Origin: Tubiluchus corallicola
Taxonomy: Eukaryota; Animalia; Priapulida
Length of the DNA stretch: 22,641 bases
Reading direction: 5' to 3'
Assembly: GCA_030141605.1 (NCBI GenBank)
Contig: JAQGDQ010002475.1
Coordinates: forward strand, 1 to 22,641
Position 1 is the stretch's first letter, and the number at the start of each line of letters is the position of its first letter. This document shows positions 10,839-20,497 of this stretch, one piece after another. The notes beneath the pieces were generated by a model that saw only the letters and a list, made by a program, of their open reading frames with translations, was not told where the DNA came from and did no database searches. A program made the translations under genes and the position numbers.

Positions 10839-13403
10839 ATGCGGTATAATTTTCGAGAAGTGGAGCAGAAGTGGCAGGCTGTTTGGTCAGAACGTGATAT
10901 TTTCAAGGTGGATTTTTCTTCTGAGTTGCCGAAATATTATGTTTTAGAGATGTTCCCTTACCCTTCCGGCCGGATTCATGTTGGTCATGTTCGGAATTAT
11001 ACGTTAGGGGATGTTGTTGCGCGTTTTCGTCGTTTTTTAGGGTATGAGGTATTACATCCGATGGGGTGGGATTCCTTTGGTCTTCCCGCGGAGAATGCGG
11101 CGATGGAGCGTTCTGTTCATCCTGGTGTTTGGACTCGGGAAAATATCGCGGTTATGAAAGAGCAGCTTCAGAAGATGGGATTGTCTATTGACTGGGGGTG
11201 TGAGGTTTCGACGTGTGAGTCGTCTTATTATCGTCATGAGCAGGAGATTTTTTTAAAATTTATGCGGTATGGCTTTGCGTACCGGAAGAAGTCGTGGGTT
11301 AATTGGGATCCTGTTGAAAACACGGTTTTAGCGAACGAGCAGGTGATTGACGGTTGTGGTTGGCGTTCTGGCGCGGTTGTGGAGCGTCGTGAGTTGAAAC
11401 AGTGGTTTTTAAAGACGACTTATTTTTCTCAGGAGCTTTTAGAGGCTTTGGAGGAGCTGACGGGATGGCCTGATCGGGTTCGTGTTATGCAAGAGAACTG
11501 GATTGGTCGTTCTGAGGGTATGCGTGTATTTTTTGATCTAAAGGGCGCGGATGGCCCGCTGGAGGTTTATACGACTCGCCCTGACACGCTTTACGGCGCT
11601 TCTTTTTGTGCGGTGGCGGCCAATCATCCTCTGGCGCAGGCGTGTGCCTTGCGGGATCAGGGGGCGGCTGATTTTATTCGTCGCTGTCAGTCTTTCGGGA
11701 CCAGTGAGGAAGCTTTGGAGAAAGTGGAGAAGGAAGGATATGACACAGGAATCAGGGCGCTTCATCCGTTGGATGAGGGGGCTTCTCTTCCGGTTTACAT
11801 TGCGAATTTTGTATTGATGGATTATGGCACGGGGGCGATTTTTGGGTGTCCTGCGCATGATCAGCGGGATCTTGATTTTGCGCGTAAGTATGGCTTGTCG
11901 GTTCGCGCGGTTGTTCTGCCGGAAGGAGAGCGGGCGGATTCTTTTACGATTGAAAATGAGGCGTATGTAGGGGACGGTATTCATATTAACTCTGATTTTA
12001 TGGATGGTTTAGGGTTTGAGGACGCGTTTTCCGTTGTTGCGGATCGTCTTGAGGAGAGCAAGCGTGGTGTTAGGACGGTGAACTGGCGTTTACGGGACTG
12101 GGGTGTTTCACGCCAGCGTTATTGGGGCTGTCCGATTCCGGTTATTTATTGTAATGATTGTGGGACGATTCCTGTTGCGAAGGAGGATTTACCTGTGGAG
12201 TTGCCGGAGGATATTCGTTTTGATTTACCGGGGAATCCTCTTGACAATCATCCGACTTGGAAGCATGTTTCCTGCCCGGTTTGTGGTCAGGGCGCGTTGC
12301 GTGAGACGGATACGTTTGATACGTTTTTTGAATCGTCTTGGTATTTTTTCCGTTATCTTTCGTCGACTTTGGAGGATAGGGCGTTTGATTCGGCGCTTGC
12401 GGATCGCTGGCTGCCAGTTGATCAGTATATAGGGGGTGTGGAGCATGCGGTTTTGCATTTACTTTACTCGCGTTTTTTTGCTCGTGCGCTTTCTGCGTGT
12501 GGCTATGCTGATATAAAGGAGCCGTTTAAGAATCTTTTGACTCAGGGGATGGTTTGTCATCAGACTTGGCGTGATGAGGATGGAAACTGGGTTGAGCTGG
12601 AGGATGTTCACGAGGAGCAGGATGGAAAGGCGGTTCATGCTAAAAGTGGCAAGCCGCTGATTGCGGGCCGCATAGAGAAGATGAGTAAATCCAAGCGGAA
12701 TGGGGTTGATCCCAGCTCTGTCATAGAGGCGTATGGAACGGATGCGATTCGATTGTTTATTGTGTCGGACAGTCCGCCGGAGCGCGATTTGGAATGGACG
12801 GAATCGGGAATAGAGGGCGCGTGGCGCTATATTCATCGTTTATGGCGTTTGGGGCGGGATCTTTCGGTTGATTTACCGCCGGTGGGGACACCTGTTCCCG
12901 AGCTTTCTGATGGGCCTGTGAAGACGTTGCTGAAATTGATACACAAGACGATACAGCTTGTAACGGAAGATTTGGAGCAGATGCGGATGAATGTGGCGGT
13001 CGCGCGTTTGCGGGAGTTGTCCAATGCGCTGGAGAAGGCGCCTTCTGGCGCTGGTTCTGGGGAGGTTTTGCGATTTGGTTTAGAGACCTTTACTTTGTTG
13101 GCGAATCCGTTTATTCCGCATGTCACGGAGGAGATTTGGTCTGTTTTTCTGGGGCGTGAGACATTACTTGCTTTAGAATCCTGGCCTGTTTTTGATAAGT
13201 CTTTGGCGCGTGATGAGGTTGTGACTGTAGCGTTGCAGGTATTGGGAAAATTGCGAGGGACTGTGGAGCTGCCGGTGGGCTCTTCTCGTGATGTTATGGA
13301 GTCGGCGGCTTTAAATCATGAGAATGTCAAAAAGAGTATAGCTGACGCGGATATTCGTAAGATTATTGTTGTTCCGGATAGGATTGTTAATATTGTTATT
13401 TAA
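10839..13403 (+). CDS. leuS: Leucine--tRNA ligase
   Basis: [15 protein letters not shown] variant HVGH, editing-domain TTRPDT and GTGA...PAHDQRD, and KMSKS. Confidence 0.99.
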   Translation: MRYNFREVEQKWQAVWSERDIFKVDFSSELPKYYVLEMFPYPSGRIHVGHVRNYTLGDVVARFRRFLGYEVLHPMGWDSFGLPAENAAMERSVHPGVWTRENIAVMKEQLQKMGLSIDWGCEVSTCESSYYRHEQEIFLKFMRYGFAYRKKSWVNWDPVENTVLANEQVIDGCGWRSGAVVERRELKQWFLKTTYFSQELLEALEELTGWPDRVRVMQENWIGRSEGMRVFFDLKGADGPLEVYTTRPDTLYGASFCAVAANHPLAQACALRDQGAADFIRRCQSFGTSEEALEKVEKEGYDTGIRALHPLDEGASLPVYIANFVLMDYGTGAIFGCPAHDQRDLDFARKYGLSVRAVVLPEGERADSFTIENEAYVGDGIHINSDFMDGLGFEDAFSVVADRLEESKRGVRTVNWRLRDWGVSRQRYWGCPIPVIYCNDCGTIPVAKEDLPVELPEDIRFDLPGNPLDNHPTWKHVSCPVCGQGALRETDTFDTFFESSWYFFRYLSSTLEDRAFDSALADRWLPVDQYIGGVEHAVLHLLYSRFFARALSACGYADIKEPFKNLLTQGMVCHQTWRDEDGNWVELEDVHEEQDGKAVHAKSGKPLIAGRIEKMSKSKRNGVDPSSVIEAYGTDAIRLFIVSDSPPERDLEWTESGIEGAWRYIHRLWRLGRDLSVDLPPVGTPVPELSDGPVKTLLKLIHKTIQLVTEDLEQMRMNVAVARLRELSNALEKAPSGAGSGEVLRFGLETFTLLANPFIPHVTEEIWSVFLGRETLLALESWPVFDKSLARDEVVTVALQVLGKLRGTVELPVGSSRDVMESAALNHENVKKSIADADIRKIIVVPDRIVNIVI

Positions 13404-13420
13404 GAGTTCGGGCTATTGTT

Positions 13421-13996
13421 ATGGTAAGGAATAGAGTTTTTTATTGTATTTATGGCTACTGTATTTTGGGGCTCGCTGTTATTTTATCGGGATGTGGCTT
13501 TGAGCCTTTATATCATTCAGAGAGCGTCTCGACGGGTGATGGTGTTTCTGTTTCGCAGAAGAATTATTTTTATTCTGAGGCGCGCCATCTTTATATAGAG
13601 TCGCCCAAGAGTCGTCAGGAGCAGATTGTTCGTAATCGGCTGGTTTCTCTTATGCCTTATTCGGGGGTGGATGCGCCAAAGTGGCGTGTTTATTTTGATA
13701 TAGAGTCATTTGAGGGCAGCAAGGCACTGCAGAAAGATTTGCTGGCGACGCGCTACAGTTATAATGTCTCTGTGCATTGGGGTGTGAGGAATGAAGAGGA
13801 AAACAGGCGTGTGCCTCAGCCGCCTATTTTTCGGGTAGAGAGTTATAATATTGTGGACGCGGGTTATTCGACGATTAATGCGCGTGAGCAAGCGCAGGAG
13901 AATATTTTAGAGGCGATTGCGGATAGCATGTATCTTGCGTTAATCTCGTGGTTTCTTGGGCAGCAAGAGTCTCAGAGGGAAGGGGGTCATTTGTGA
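13421..13996 (+). CDS. lptE: LPS-assembly lipoprotein LptE
   Basis: Lipobox LSGC followed by GFEPLY. Canonical leuS-lptE-holA position. Confidence 0.82.
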   Translation: MVRNRVFYCIYGYCILGLAVILSGCGFEPLYHSESVSTGDGVSVSQKNYFYSEARHLYIESPKSRQEQIVRNRLVSLMPYSGVDAPKWRVYFDIESFEGSKALQKDLLATRYSYNVSVHWGVRNEEENRRVPQPPIFRVESYNIVDAGYSTINAREQAQENILEAIADSMYLALISWFLGQQESQREGGHL

Positions 13997-14064
13997 TGAA
14001 GGCGATTTTAAGGCTGCGGGGTATTTTTTGGAGCGGGCTGTGGTTTCGACTCGTGGTGTTTTAA
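13996..14064 (+). CDS. Putative 22-aa small ORF bridging lptE and holA
   Basis: MKAILRLRGIFWSGLWFRLVVF*. Its ATG overlaps the lptE TGA (TGATG) and its TAA ends 1 nt before the holA ATG. Confidence 0.3.
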   Translation: MKAILRLRGIFWSGLWFRLVVF

Positions 14065-14065
14065 G

Positions 14066-15118
14066 ATGAAGGTGTTGCCGTCTCGTTTGGGTGTTTTTTT
14101 GCGTTCTCCGCCTTCGGATATTCGCGCGGCGTTGATTTATGGTGGGGATTATGGATTAATGAGGGAGCGCTCGAAGGCTTTGACGGGTGTTTTTGTTGAT
14201 GATATTTCGGATGTGTTTCGGGTATGTGTTTTGACGTCGGCTCAGCTGAGCTCCGAGCCAGCTTTATTTTTAAATGAGGTCTATGCTTTGTCTCTGGTGG
14301 GGGGGGAGCGTGTTATTATTGTGAAGGAGGCGGGTGATGGTGTGGTGTCTCTTTTAAGTGATTATCTTAAGGCGGATGTTCGGGGAGCATTTGTCATTGT
14401 CGAGGCGGGGGAGTTGGCGCCTCGGTCGAAATTGCGTCGTTTGTTTGAGTCTCATAAGTTTGGCGCGGCGTTACCTTGTTATCATGATGATGCTCGTGCG
14501 CTGGCGTCTTTTGTCACGGGGCGCTTATCGGAGGCGGGGTATCGGATTGACAAGGAGGCGCTTGGGTTGTTTATTGGTAATTTAGGCTCTGATCGTGGAT
14601 TGACGCGTGGTGAGGTTGATCGTTTGATTCTTTACAAGGGCGAGCAGGATAAGTTTATAACTGTTGATGATATGCATGTATTTGTTCAATCGGATCAGTC
14701 GATTGCGTCGTATGATGATGTTTTTTATGCGGTTTGTGGTGGAGATTTGAAGCGGCTTGATAGGAGTTTATATCGTCTTTATAGTAATAATATTTTGGCG
14801 ATTCCTGTTTTGCGTGCTTTTTCGCGTCATTTGGATCGTGTTTGTTTGGCGTGCGGGTATCGGATGGAAGGGTCGTCGGCCTCAGAGGCTGTTAAGTTAT
14901 TAAAGCCGCCGATATTTTTTCGATACGCGTCTTTATTTGAGGCGCAATTGCGGTTGTGGGATTCTCGTTTGGTTTGCTGGGCGTTAGGGCGTTTATCGGA
15001 GGCGGAGTCGGTTTGTAAGGAGGCTCAGGTTGCCTCTGAGGCTGTTGTGGGTCATGTTCTTATGGAGATTGCGACCGTGGTTGATCAGAGGAAGATGAAG
15101 GGGTTGCCGGATTATTGA
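14066..15118 (+). CDS. holA: DNA polymerase III delta subunit
   Basis: ALIYGGDYGLMRER, EAGEL.PRSKLR..FE, CYHDD and LGSDR...R.E..RL.LY, PPIFF. Follows leuS-lptE. Confidence 0.92.
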   Translation: MKVLPSRLGVFLRSPPSDIRAALIYGGDYGLMRERSKALTGVFVDDISDVFRVCVLTSAQLSSEPALFLNEVYALSLVGGERVIIVKEAGDGVVSLLSDYLKADVRGAFVIVEAGELAPRSKLRRLFESHKFGAALPCYHDDARALASFVTGRLSEAGYRIDKEALGLFIGNLGSDRGLTRGEVDRLILYKGEQDKFITVDDMHVFVQSDQSIASYDDVFYAVCGGDLKRLDRSLYRLYSNNILAIPVLRAFSRHLDRVCLACGYRMEGSSASEAVKLLKPPIFFRYASLFEAQLRLWDSRLVCWALGRLSEAESVCKEAQVASEAVVGHVLMEIATVVDQRKMKGLPDY

Positions 15119-15184
15119 TAGGGATTGTTTAGGTTTTTATCAGGTGGTTTTGGTGGCTACGGCTGGATGATTTTAGGAGTATAG

Positions 15185-16987
15185 ATGACAGATTTATCAC
15201 ATATCAGGAATTTTGCGATTATCGCGCATATTGATCATGGCAAGTCGACTTTGGCTGATCGGTTGATTCAATTTTGCGGCGGCGTGGAAGATCGTGAGAT
15301 GCGGGATCAGCTTTTGGATTCGATGGATATAGAGCGTGAGCGTGGAATAACGATCAAGGCGCAGACGATTCGTTTATCATACCGGTCTCGCAGTGGGGAG
15401 GATTGGGTTATTAATTTGCTAGATACGCCGGGTCATGTGGATTTTACCTATGAGGTCAGCCGGAGTTTGGCGGCGTGTGAGGGCTCGTTGTTGGTTGTTG
15501 ATTCAACGCAAGGGGTAGAGGCTCAGACGTTAGCGAATGTTTATCTCGCGATGGAGAATGATCATGAGATTATTCCGGTTTTAAATAAGATTGATTTACC
15601 GGCGTCGGAGCCGGATCGTATTCGGGAGCAGATAGAGGATGTGATAGGTCTTGACGCTTCTGATTCTTTGTTGGTGTCGGCGAAGACGGGGATTGGTATT
15701 GAGGATGTTTTAGAGCGTATATTGTTGGATTTGCCTTCGCCGTCTGGGGACAGTTCCTTACCGTTGAAGGCTTTGCTTGTTGACAGTTGGTATGATCTTT
15801 ATTTAGGGGTGATGATTCTAGTTCGTTTGTATGACGGTATTTTGAAGCGTGGTATGAAGGTACGCATGATGGCGTCGGATGTGGTTTATCAGGTTGATCA
15901 GGTTGGTGTTTTTACGCCCAAGGCGACGATTGTTGATTGTTTATCTCCTGGTGACATTGGTTATTTTACGGCGTCGATCAAGTCTGTTGCGGATACGCAA
16001 GTTGGGGATACGATCACTCTTGAGAAGGGGGGAATTTCCGAGCCTCTTTCGGGTTTTAAGCCATCGATTCCTGTTGTTTTTTGCGGTTTATTTCCGGCGG
16101 ATATGGCTGCGTTTGATGATTTACGTGATGCGCTTGAGAAGTTAAATTTAAATGACGCGAGTTTTAGCTTTGAGCCGGAGACGTCGGCGGCGCTTGGTTT
16201 GGGATTTCGGTGTGGATTTTTAGGCTTGCTTCATCTGGAGATTATCCAGGAGCGTTTGGAGCGGGAGTTTAATCTTGATCTGATAGCGACGGCTCCGGGT
16301 GTTGTGTATCATATTTTGATGAAGGATGGTGAGAAGCGGGAGTTGCATAATCCTGCGGATATGCCTGATTTAACGAAGATTGATGTTATAGAGGAGCCTT
16401 GGATTGTGGCGACGATTGTGGTTCCTGATAATTATTTAGGGTCTGTATTGAAATTATGTACGGATCGGCGTGGGGAGCAAGTTGAGATGAGTTGGAGTGG
16501 TTCTCGCGCGTTGGTTATTTATCGTCTTCCTTTAAATGAGGTTGTGTTTGATTTTTACGATCGTTTAAAGTCTATTTCGCAGGGTTATGCGAGTTTTGAT
16601 TATGAGATTGAGGGATATTTTGCGGGTGATTTAGTGAAGGTGACGATTTTGGTTAATGGTGAGAATGTTGATGCTTTATCGTTTATCACGAATCGGGGTC
16701 GTTCTGAGGTGCGTGGTCGTTTGATTTGCGATCGTTTAAAAGAGTTAATTCCGCGTCAGTTATTCAAGATAGCGATTCAGGCGGCGATTGGTGGTAAAGT
16801 GATAGCGCGCTCGACGGTAGGAGCTTTAAGGAAGGATGTTACGGCGAAATGTTATGGTGGGGATGTTTCGCGCAAGCGGAAACTTTTGGAGAAGCAGAAG
16901 AAAGGGAAGAAACGTATGCGTCAATTTGGTCAGGTTGAGATACCGCAGTCGGCGTTTGTTGCTGCTTTGAAAACGGGAGAGGATTAA
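15185..16987 (+). CDS. lepA: Elongation factor 4 (LepA)
   Basis: [53 protein letters not shown] and [11 protein letters not shown]. Confidence 0.99.
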   Translation: MTDLSHIRNFAIIAHIDHGKSTLADRLIQFCGGVEDREMRDQLLDSMDIERERGITIKAQTIRLSYRSRSGEDWVINLLDTPGHVDFTYEVSRSLAACEGSLLVVDSTQGVEAQTLANVYLAMENDHEIIPVLNKIDLPASEPDRIREQIEDVIGLDASDSLLVSAKTGIGIEDVLERILLDLPSPSGDSSLPLKALLVDSWYDLYLGVMILVRLYDGILKRGMKVRMMASDVVYQVDQVGVFTPKATIVDCLSPGDIGYFTASIKSVADTQVGDTITLEKGGISEPLSGFKPSIPVVFCGLFPADMAAFDDLRDALEKLNLNDASFSFEPETSAALGLGFRCGFLGLLHLEIIQERLEREFNLDLIATAPGVVYHILMKDGEKRELHNPADMPDLTKIDVIEEPWIVATIVVPDNYLGSVLKLCTDRRGEQVEMSWSGSRALVIYRLPLNEVVFDFYDRLKSISQGYASFDYEIEGYFAGDLVKVTILVNGENVDALSFITNRGRSEVRGRLICDRLKELIPRQLFKIAIQAAIGGKVIARSTVGALRKDVTAKCYGGDVSRKRKLLEKQKKGKKRMRQFGQVEIPQSAFVAALKTGED

Positions 16988-17008
16988 ATTTTAGGGAAGG
17001 AAAGTGTT

Positions 17009-18067
17009 ATGAAATTAAGTATGTTTGATTTTGATCTTCCTAGTCATTTTATAGCGCAGCGTCCTGCGGTTCCTCGGGATTCGGCTCGTTTGCTACGTGT
17101 ATTATCTGGGAAGGTTTCGGATCACCATGTTACGGATCTTCCGTTATTTTTATGTTCGAATGATATTATTATTTACAATGACACGAAGGTTATTCCTACT
17201 CGTTTACAGGGCAGGCGTGATGATGTTTCTGTGGAGGTGACGTTACACAGGCAGTGTGATGATGATAGTTGGTATGCTTTTGTGCGTCCTGCTCGGAAGT
17301 TACAGGAGGGGGATCGTTTACGATTTTCGGATGATTTTTACGGGGATGTTTTTGAGAAGCGTTCTTCTGGGGAGATTTTGTTATCTTTTCCGTTTTCTGG
17401 TAGTATTCTTCTTGATGTTTTAAGGGAGCATGCGTATTTACCGCTTCCGCCTTATATTTCTCGGGAGTCGTTTTCCGACGAGCGGGATGAGGAGGATTAT
17501 CAGACGGTATTTGCGAGTTGTGAGGGAGCGGTTGCGGCGCCGACGGCGGGGTTGCATTTTACGGAATCGCTGATTGAACAGGTTCGTCAACTGGGGGTAG
17601 AGATGTTGCCGGTTACGCTTCATGTTGGCGCGGGGACGTTTTTGCCGGTGCGTTCAGAGCGTATAGCGGATCATACGATGCATTCTGAGTATGGGGAGAT
17701 TTCGGCGGATGTCGCGGAGAAGATAGAGGCGGCACGTTCATCGGGAGGGCGTGTGATAGCGGTTGGCACGACGACGTTACGTTTATTGGAGACGGTCGCG
17801 TTTCATCATAGGGGATTTATTCGGCAGTGGTGTGGTGATACGAATATATTTATCACGCCGGGTTTTCATTTTCGTGTCGCTGATATGCTGATGACGAATT
17901 TCCATTTACCGCGCTCGACTTTATTTATGTTGGTGTGTGCTTTTTCGGGTTTAAATATGATGAAGTATGCGTATGAGCATGCGAAAATCATGAATTATCG
18001 TTTTTATTCTTATGGGGACTGTTGTTTATTGACGCGCCATGATGATGAGTTAAGATCTTATGCGTAA
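17009..18067 (+). CDS. queA: S-adenosylmethionine:tRNA ribosyltransferase-isomerase
   Basis: FDFDLP...[50 protein letters not shown] and YRFYSYGD. Confidence 0.98.
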   Translation: MKLSMFDFDLPSHFIAQRPAVPRDSARLLRVLSGKVSDHHVTDLPLFLCSNDIIIYNDTKVIPTRLQGRRDDVSVEVTLHRQCDDDSWYAFVRPARKLQEGDRLRFSDDFYGDVFEKRSSGEILLSFPFSGSILLDVLREHAYLPLPPYISRESFSDERDEEDYQTVFASCEGAVAAPTAGLHFTESLIEQVRQLGVEMLPVTLHVGAGTFLPVRSERIADHTMHSEYGEISADVAEKIEAARSSGGRVIAVGTTTLRLLETVAFHHRGFIRQWCGDTNIFITPGFHFRVADMLMTNFHLPRSTLFMLVCAFSGLNMMKYAYEHAKIMNYRFYSYGDCCLLTRHDDELRSYA

Positions 18068-19184
18068 GGAGGAAAGTATATCTGAGGGAGCCTTTCGTTT
18101 TGAGCGGTTGCGTGAGGATTTTGGCGCGCGGACGGGACGTATTTATACGGCGCATGGTGTAATTGACACGCCAGCTTTTATGCCGGTTGGGACGGCTGGT
18201 ACGGTTAAGGCGATGCTTCCGGAGTCTGTTGTCGCGACGGGGGCTCAGATTATTCTTGGGAATACGTATCATCTGATGCTTCGGCCTGGTGCGGAGCGGG
18301 TGTCTCATTTTGGCGGCCTTCGATCATTTATGAATTGGTCGGGTCCGATACTGACGGATTCTGGGGGATTTCAGGTTATGTCTTTATCGCGCCTGCGTCG
18401 TTTATCAGAGGAGGCGGTTATCTTTCAGTCTCATATTGATGGGAGCCGTCATATTTTATCGCCAGAGCGTTCGATAGAAATTCAGGACTTGTTAGACGCG
18501 ACGATCAGCATGTGCCTTGATGAGTGTATAGCGTTACCGTGTTCTGATAGTGAGGCGCGTCGTGCTATGGAGCTTTCCGCACGTTGGGCGCGGCGGTGTC
18601 GTGATTCGTTTCGCGCGCGTGAGGGTTATGGTTTATTTGGGATTGTTCAGGGGGCTTTATCGCCGTTTCTTCGGAAGGAATCGGCTCTGCGGCTTTGTGA
18701 GATTGGTTTTGACGGTTATGCGGTTGGGGGGTTGGCGGTTGGGGAAACCAGGGAGGAGATGTTTCGTGTTTTGGATTATACGACAGAGCATTTACCGGTA
18801 GAAAGGCCGCGTTATTTAATGGGGGTTGGTCGTCCTTTGGATATTATTGGCGCGGTTGCTCGTGGTATTGATATGTTTGATTGTGTTTTGCCCACGCGCA
18901 GTGGGAGAACTGGGAAGGTTTTCACGCACGCCGGCGAGCTAAACATACGGAATTCCTGTTACAAGGATGATGAGCGCCCATTGGAGGAGGGCTGTTTTTG
19001 CCCGGCCTGTTTATCGTATAGCCGTGGATATTTGCACCATATTTTCAAATCCAGGGAGATTTTGGCGTCCATGTTGTTGACTTGGCATAATCTTCATTAT
19101 TATCAGCGATTGATGAAGGATATTCGGGAAGCGGTTTCTCAAGGGCGCTTTCGTGATTTTCTGGCGTCATTTTCCTTACGCTAG
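18060..19184 (+). CDS. tgt: tRNA-guanine transglycosylase
   Basis: [40 protein letters not shown] and Zn site C.CPAC...H. Start is ambiguous (ATG 18060 or ATA 18078). Confidence 0.98.
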   Translation: MRKEESISEGAFRFERLREDFGARTGRIYTAHGVIDTPAFMPVGTAGTVKAMLPESVVATGAQIILGNTYHLMLRPGAERVSHFGGLRSFMNWSGPILTDSGGFQVMSLSRLRRLSEEAVIFQSHIDGSRHILSPERSIEIQDLLDATISMCLDECIALPCSDSEARRAMELSARWARRCRDSFRAREGYGLFGIVQGALSPFLRKESALRLCEIGFDGYAVGGLAVGETREEMFRVLDYTTEHLPVERPRYLMGVGRPLDIIGAVARGIDMFDCVLPTRSGRTGKVFTHAGELNIRNSCYKDDERPLEEGCFCPACLSYSRGYLHHIFKSREILASMLLTWHNLHYYQRLMKDIREAVSQGRFRDFLASFSLR

Positions 19185-19308
19185 GTTCATCAGTTTATTT
19201 TCTTATGGATTTTCTGTTCCGAGTCTTAATGATTGGTGACAGGTCAGTGTGCGTGCTACCTATTTCTCTTTATGGGGGTCTGGTTTTATGTTTTAGGAAC
19301 ATGTTTTT

Positions 19309-19797
19309 TTATTTCTGCTTTGAGTATTTATTTGTCAGATCGTGTTTTTTCTCGTCGTATTTTTTCAAATTTTCCTGAGCGTGTTTTTCTATTTCGCCTT
19401 TATTTTCCTTGGCCATTGTGTTCATTTCATCACGAATACCTTTGCGGCTTTTTTCTATTTCGCTTTGGGTTTCTTTTGCCATACGATTCATTTTATTGTT
19501 GGTTTTTGTGCGATTTTTCTCTATTTCGTTTTGAGCGTCTGCGGCCATTGTGTTCATTTCATCACTGATACCTTTGCGGCTTTTTTCTATTTCGCTTTGA
19601 GCGTCCGCGGCCATTGTGTTCATTTCATCACTGATAACGCTCTCCATTTCATTGAGTCGATCAGCGGTCATGGGTTCATGATCGAGTACGGAATCAAGAG
19701 TTATAGAGGGTTGGGCGTATAGGTGTGTTACGCTTGCTACGATAAAGAGAGTTATTGTTAATGTTGTTGTCAGGAGGGGTGTTAATTTACTTCTCAT
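19309..19797 (-). CDS. Hypothetical secreted Met-rich protein with four 22-aa repeats
   Basis: AAGGAG RBS; Sec-type signal peptide (MRSK, hydrophobic core, LYA|QP); in-frame 66-bp repeats. Confidence 0.85.
   Translation of the reverse strand: MRSKLTPLLTTTLTITLFIVASVTHLYAQPSITLDSVLDHEPMTADRLNEMESVISDEMNTMAADAQSEIEKSRKGISDEMNTMAADAQNEIEKNRTKTNNKMNRMAKETQSEIEKSRKGIRDEMNTMAKENKGEIEKHAQENLKKYDEKKHDLTNKYSKQK
19372..19635 (-). repeat. Four 66-bp intragenic tandem repeats
   Basis: ggccattgtgttcatttcatc recurs at 19411, 19543 and 19609, with a diverged copy at 19477. Period is 66 bp. Confidence 0.95.
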
Positions 19798-19890
19798 TTA
19801 TGGATCTCCTTTTTGGAATAGTATGTATATGTTTTAAAAGAATAGCTTTGTTTCTATTTTTGTCTTTTATGTAAATAGCGTTATGGGCTA

Positions 19891-20244
19891 TTACCATTGC
19901 GAGCGTTGGCTTCCATATTCTAGTGTCAGCTGGCCGCCTACGACATTCTGATATGATTTGCTACCACGGCTTGTTTTTTTGTAAGCTCGTGTATATTTTT
20001 TTTTGTATGCTTTCTCATGCCTACTTTTACGTTTTTTATTTTTTTCCAGCCGTTTATGTTTATGTTTATTTTTATATTTATTTTTATGATCTTTTTCGTT
20101 AGAGATATGTATGCTTTGGCTGTGGTGTGATTTTTTGTCGTAAGATGATTTTCCTTTGGCGTGGGTTGGCTCTGTGCTGGTGGTAATGAAGAGCGCTATT
20201 GCTAAGCACAATGTCAGAATGTATGTTAATGTTTGATTTGTCAT
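19891..20244 (-). CDS. Hypothetical secreted, very basic Lys/His-rich protein
   Basis: Signal-peptide-like N-terminus ending THA|KG and an AGGGA RBS. The predicted 88-aa mature part has 22 K, 6 R and 7 H against 6 D/E (hand count). Confidence 0.75.
   Translation of the reverse strand: MTNQTLTYILTLCLAIALFITTSTEPTHAKGKSSYDKKSHHSQSIHISNEKDHKNKYKNKHKHKRLEKNKKRKSRHEKAYKKKYTRAYKKTSRGSKSYQNVVGGQLTLEYGSQRSQW
20053..20088. repeat. Six TTTATN hexamer repeats encoding (H/N/Y)K x6
   Basis: tttatg tttatg tttatt tttata tttatt tttatg, read as HKNKYKNKHKHK on the - strand. Confidence 0.85.
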
Positions 20245-20299
20245 TGTTTTTATCCCTATTCTTTAATTACTCTTTGGTCATTTACCCAATGTTATAGGG

Positions 20300-20316
20300 G
20301 GCAATATTTGTGCCAA
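20300..20316 (-). promoter_or_regulatory. Sigma54 (RpoN) -24/-12 promoter
   Basis: Minus strand TTGGCACAAATATTGCC matches TGGCAC-N5-TTGC exactly. Intergenic, correctly oriented, about 55 nt upstream of ATG 20244. Confidence 0.72.
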
Positions 20317-20497
20317 TTTAGGTCTATGCGGATTGTTTCTTATAAAAATTGGAGGATGTTTTTTAGTTGATTTAAAAAGCCGTGGTGTAATAATGATAAA
20401 ATCGTTGTATATGGGGATTTTAAAATAGCACTGTCGATTTTTAGATGGATAGATTGGGAAGACTTTTTCTCTCCAGGGAAAGAGTAGGGGATGAAAG

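Noticed and set aside
19372-19635. 66-bp periodic repeats as a CRISPR array
   Set aside because: There are no unique spacers, the period is a multiple of 3 inside an open frame with a signal peptide, and no cas genes are present.
19233-19722. Plus-strand hydrophobic ORFs (19233-19568 and 19342-19722) with repeated GHCVHF or PLCSFHH
   Set aside because: They are antisense shadows of the repeat gene: GTG/TTG-type starts without a clear RBS, and the Phe/Cys richness is explained by the T-rich strand.
19185-20497. Mobile element or prophage remnant carrying the two orphan genes
   Set aside because: No integrase or transposase, tRNA target, terminal repeats or target-site duplication is visible.
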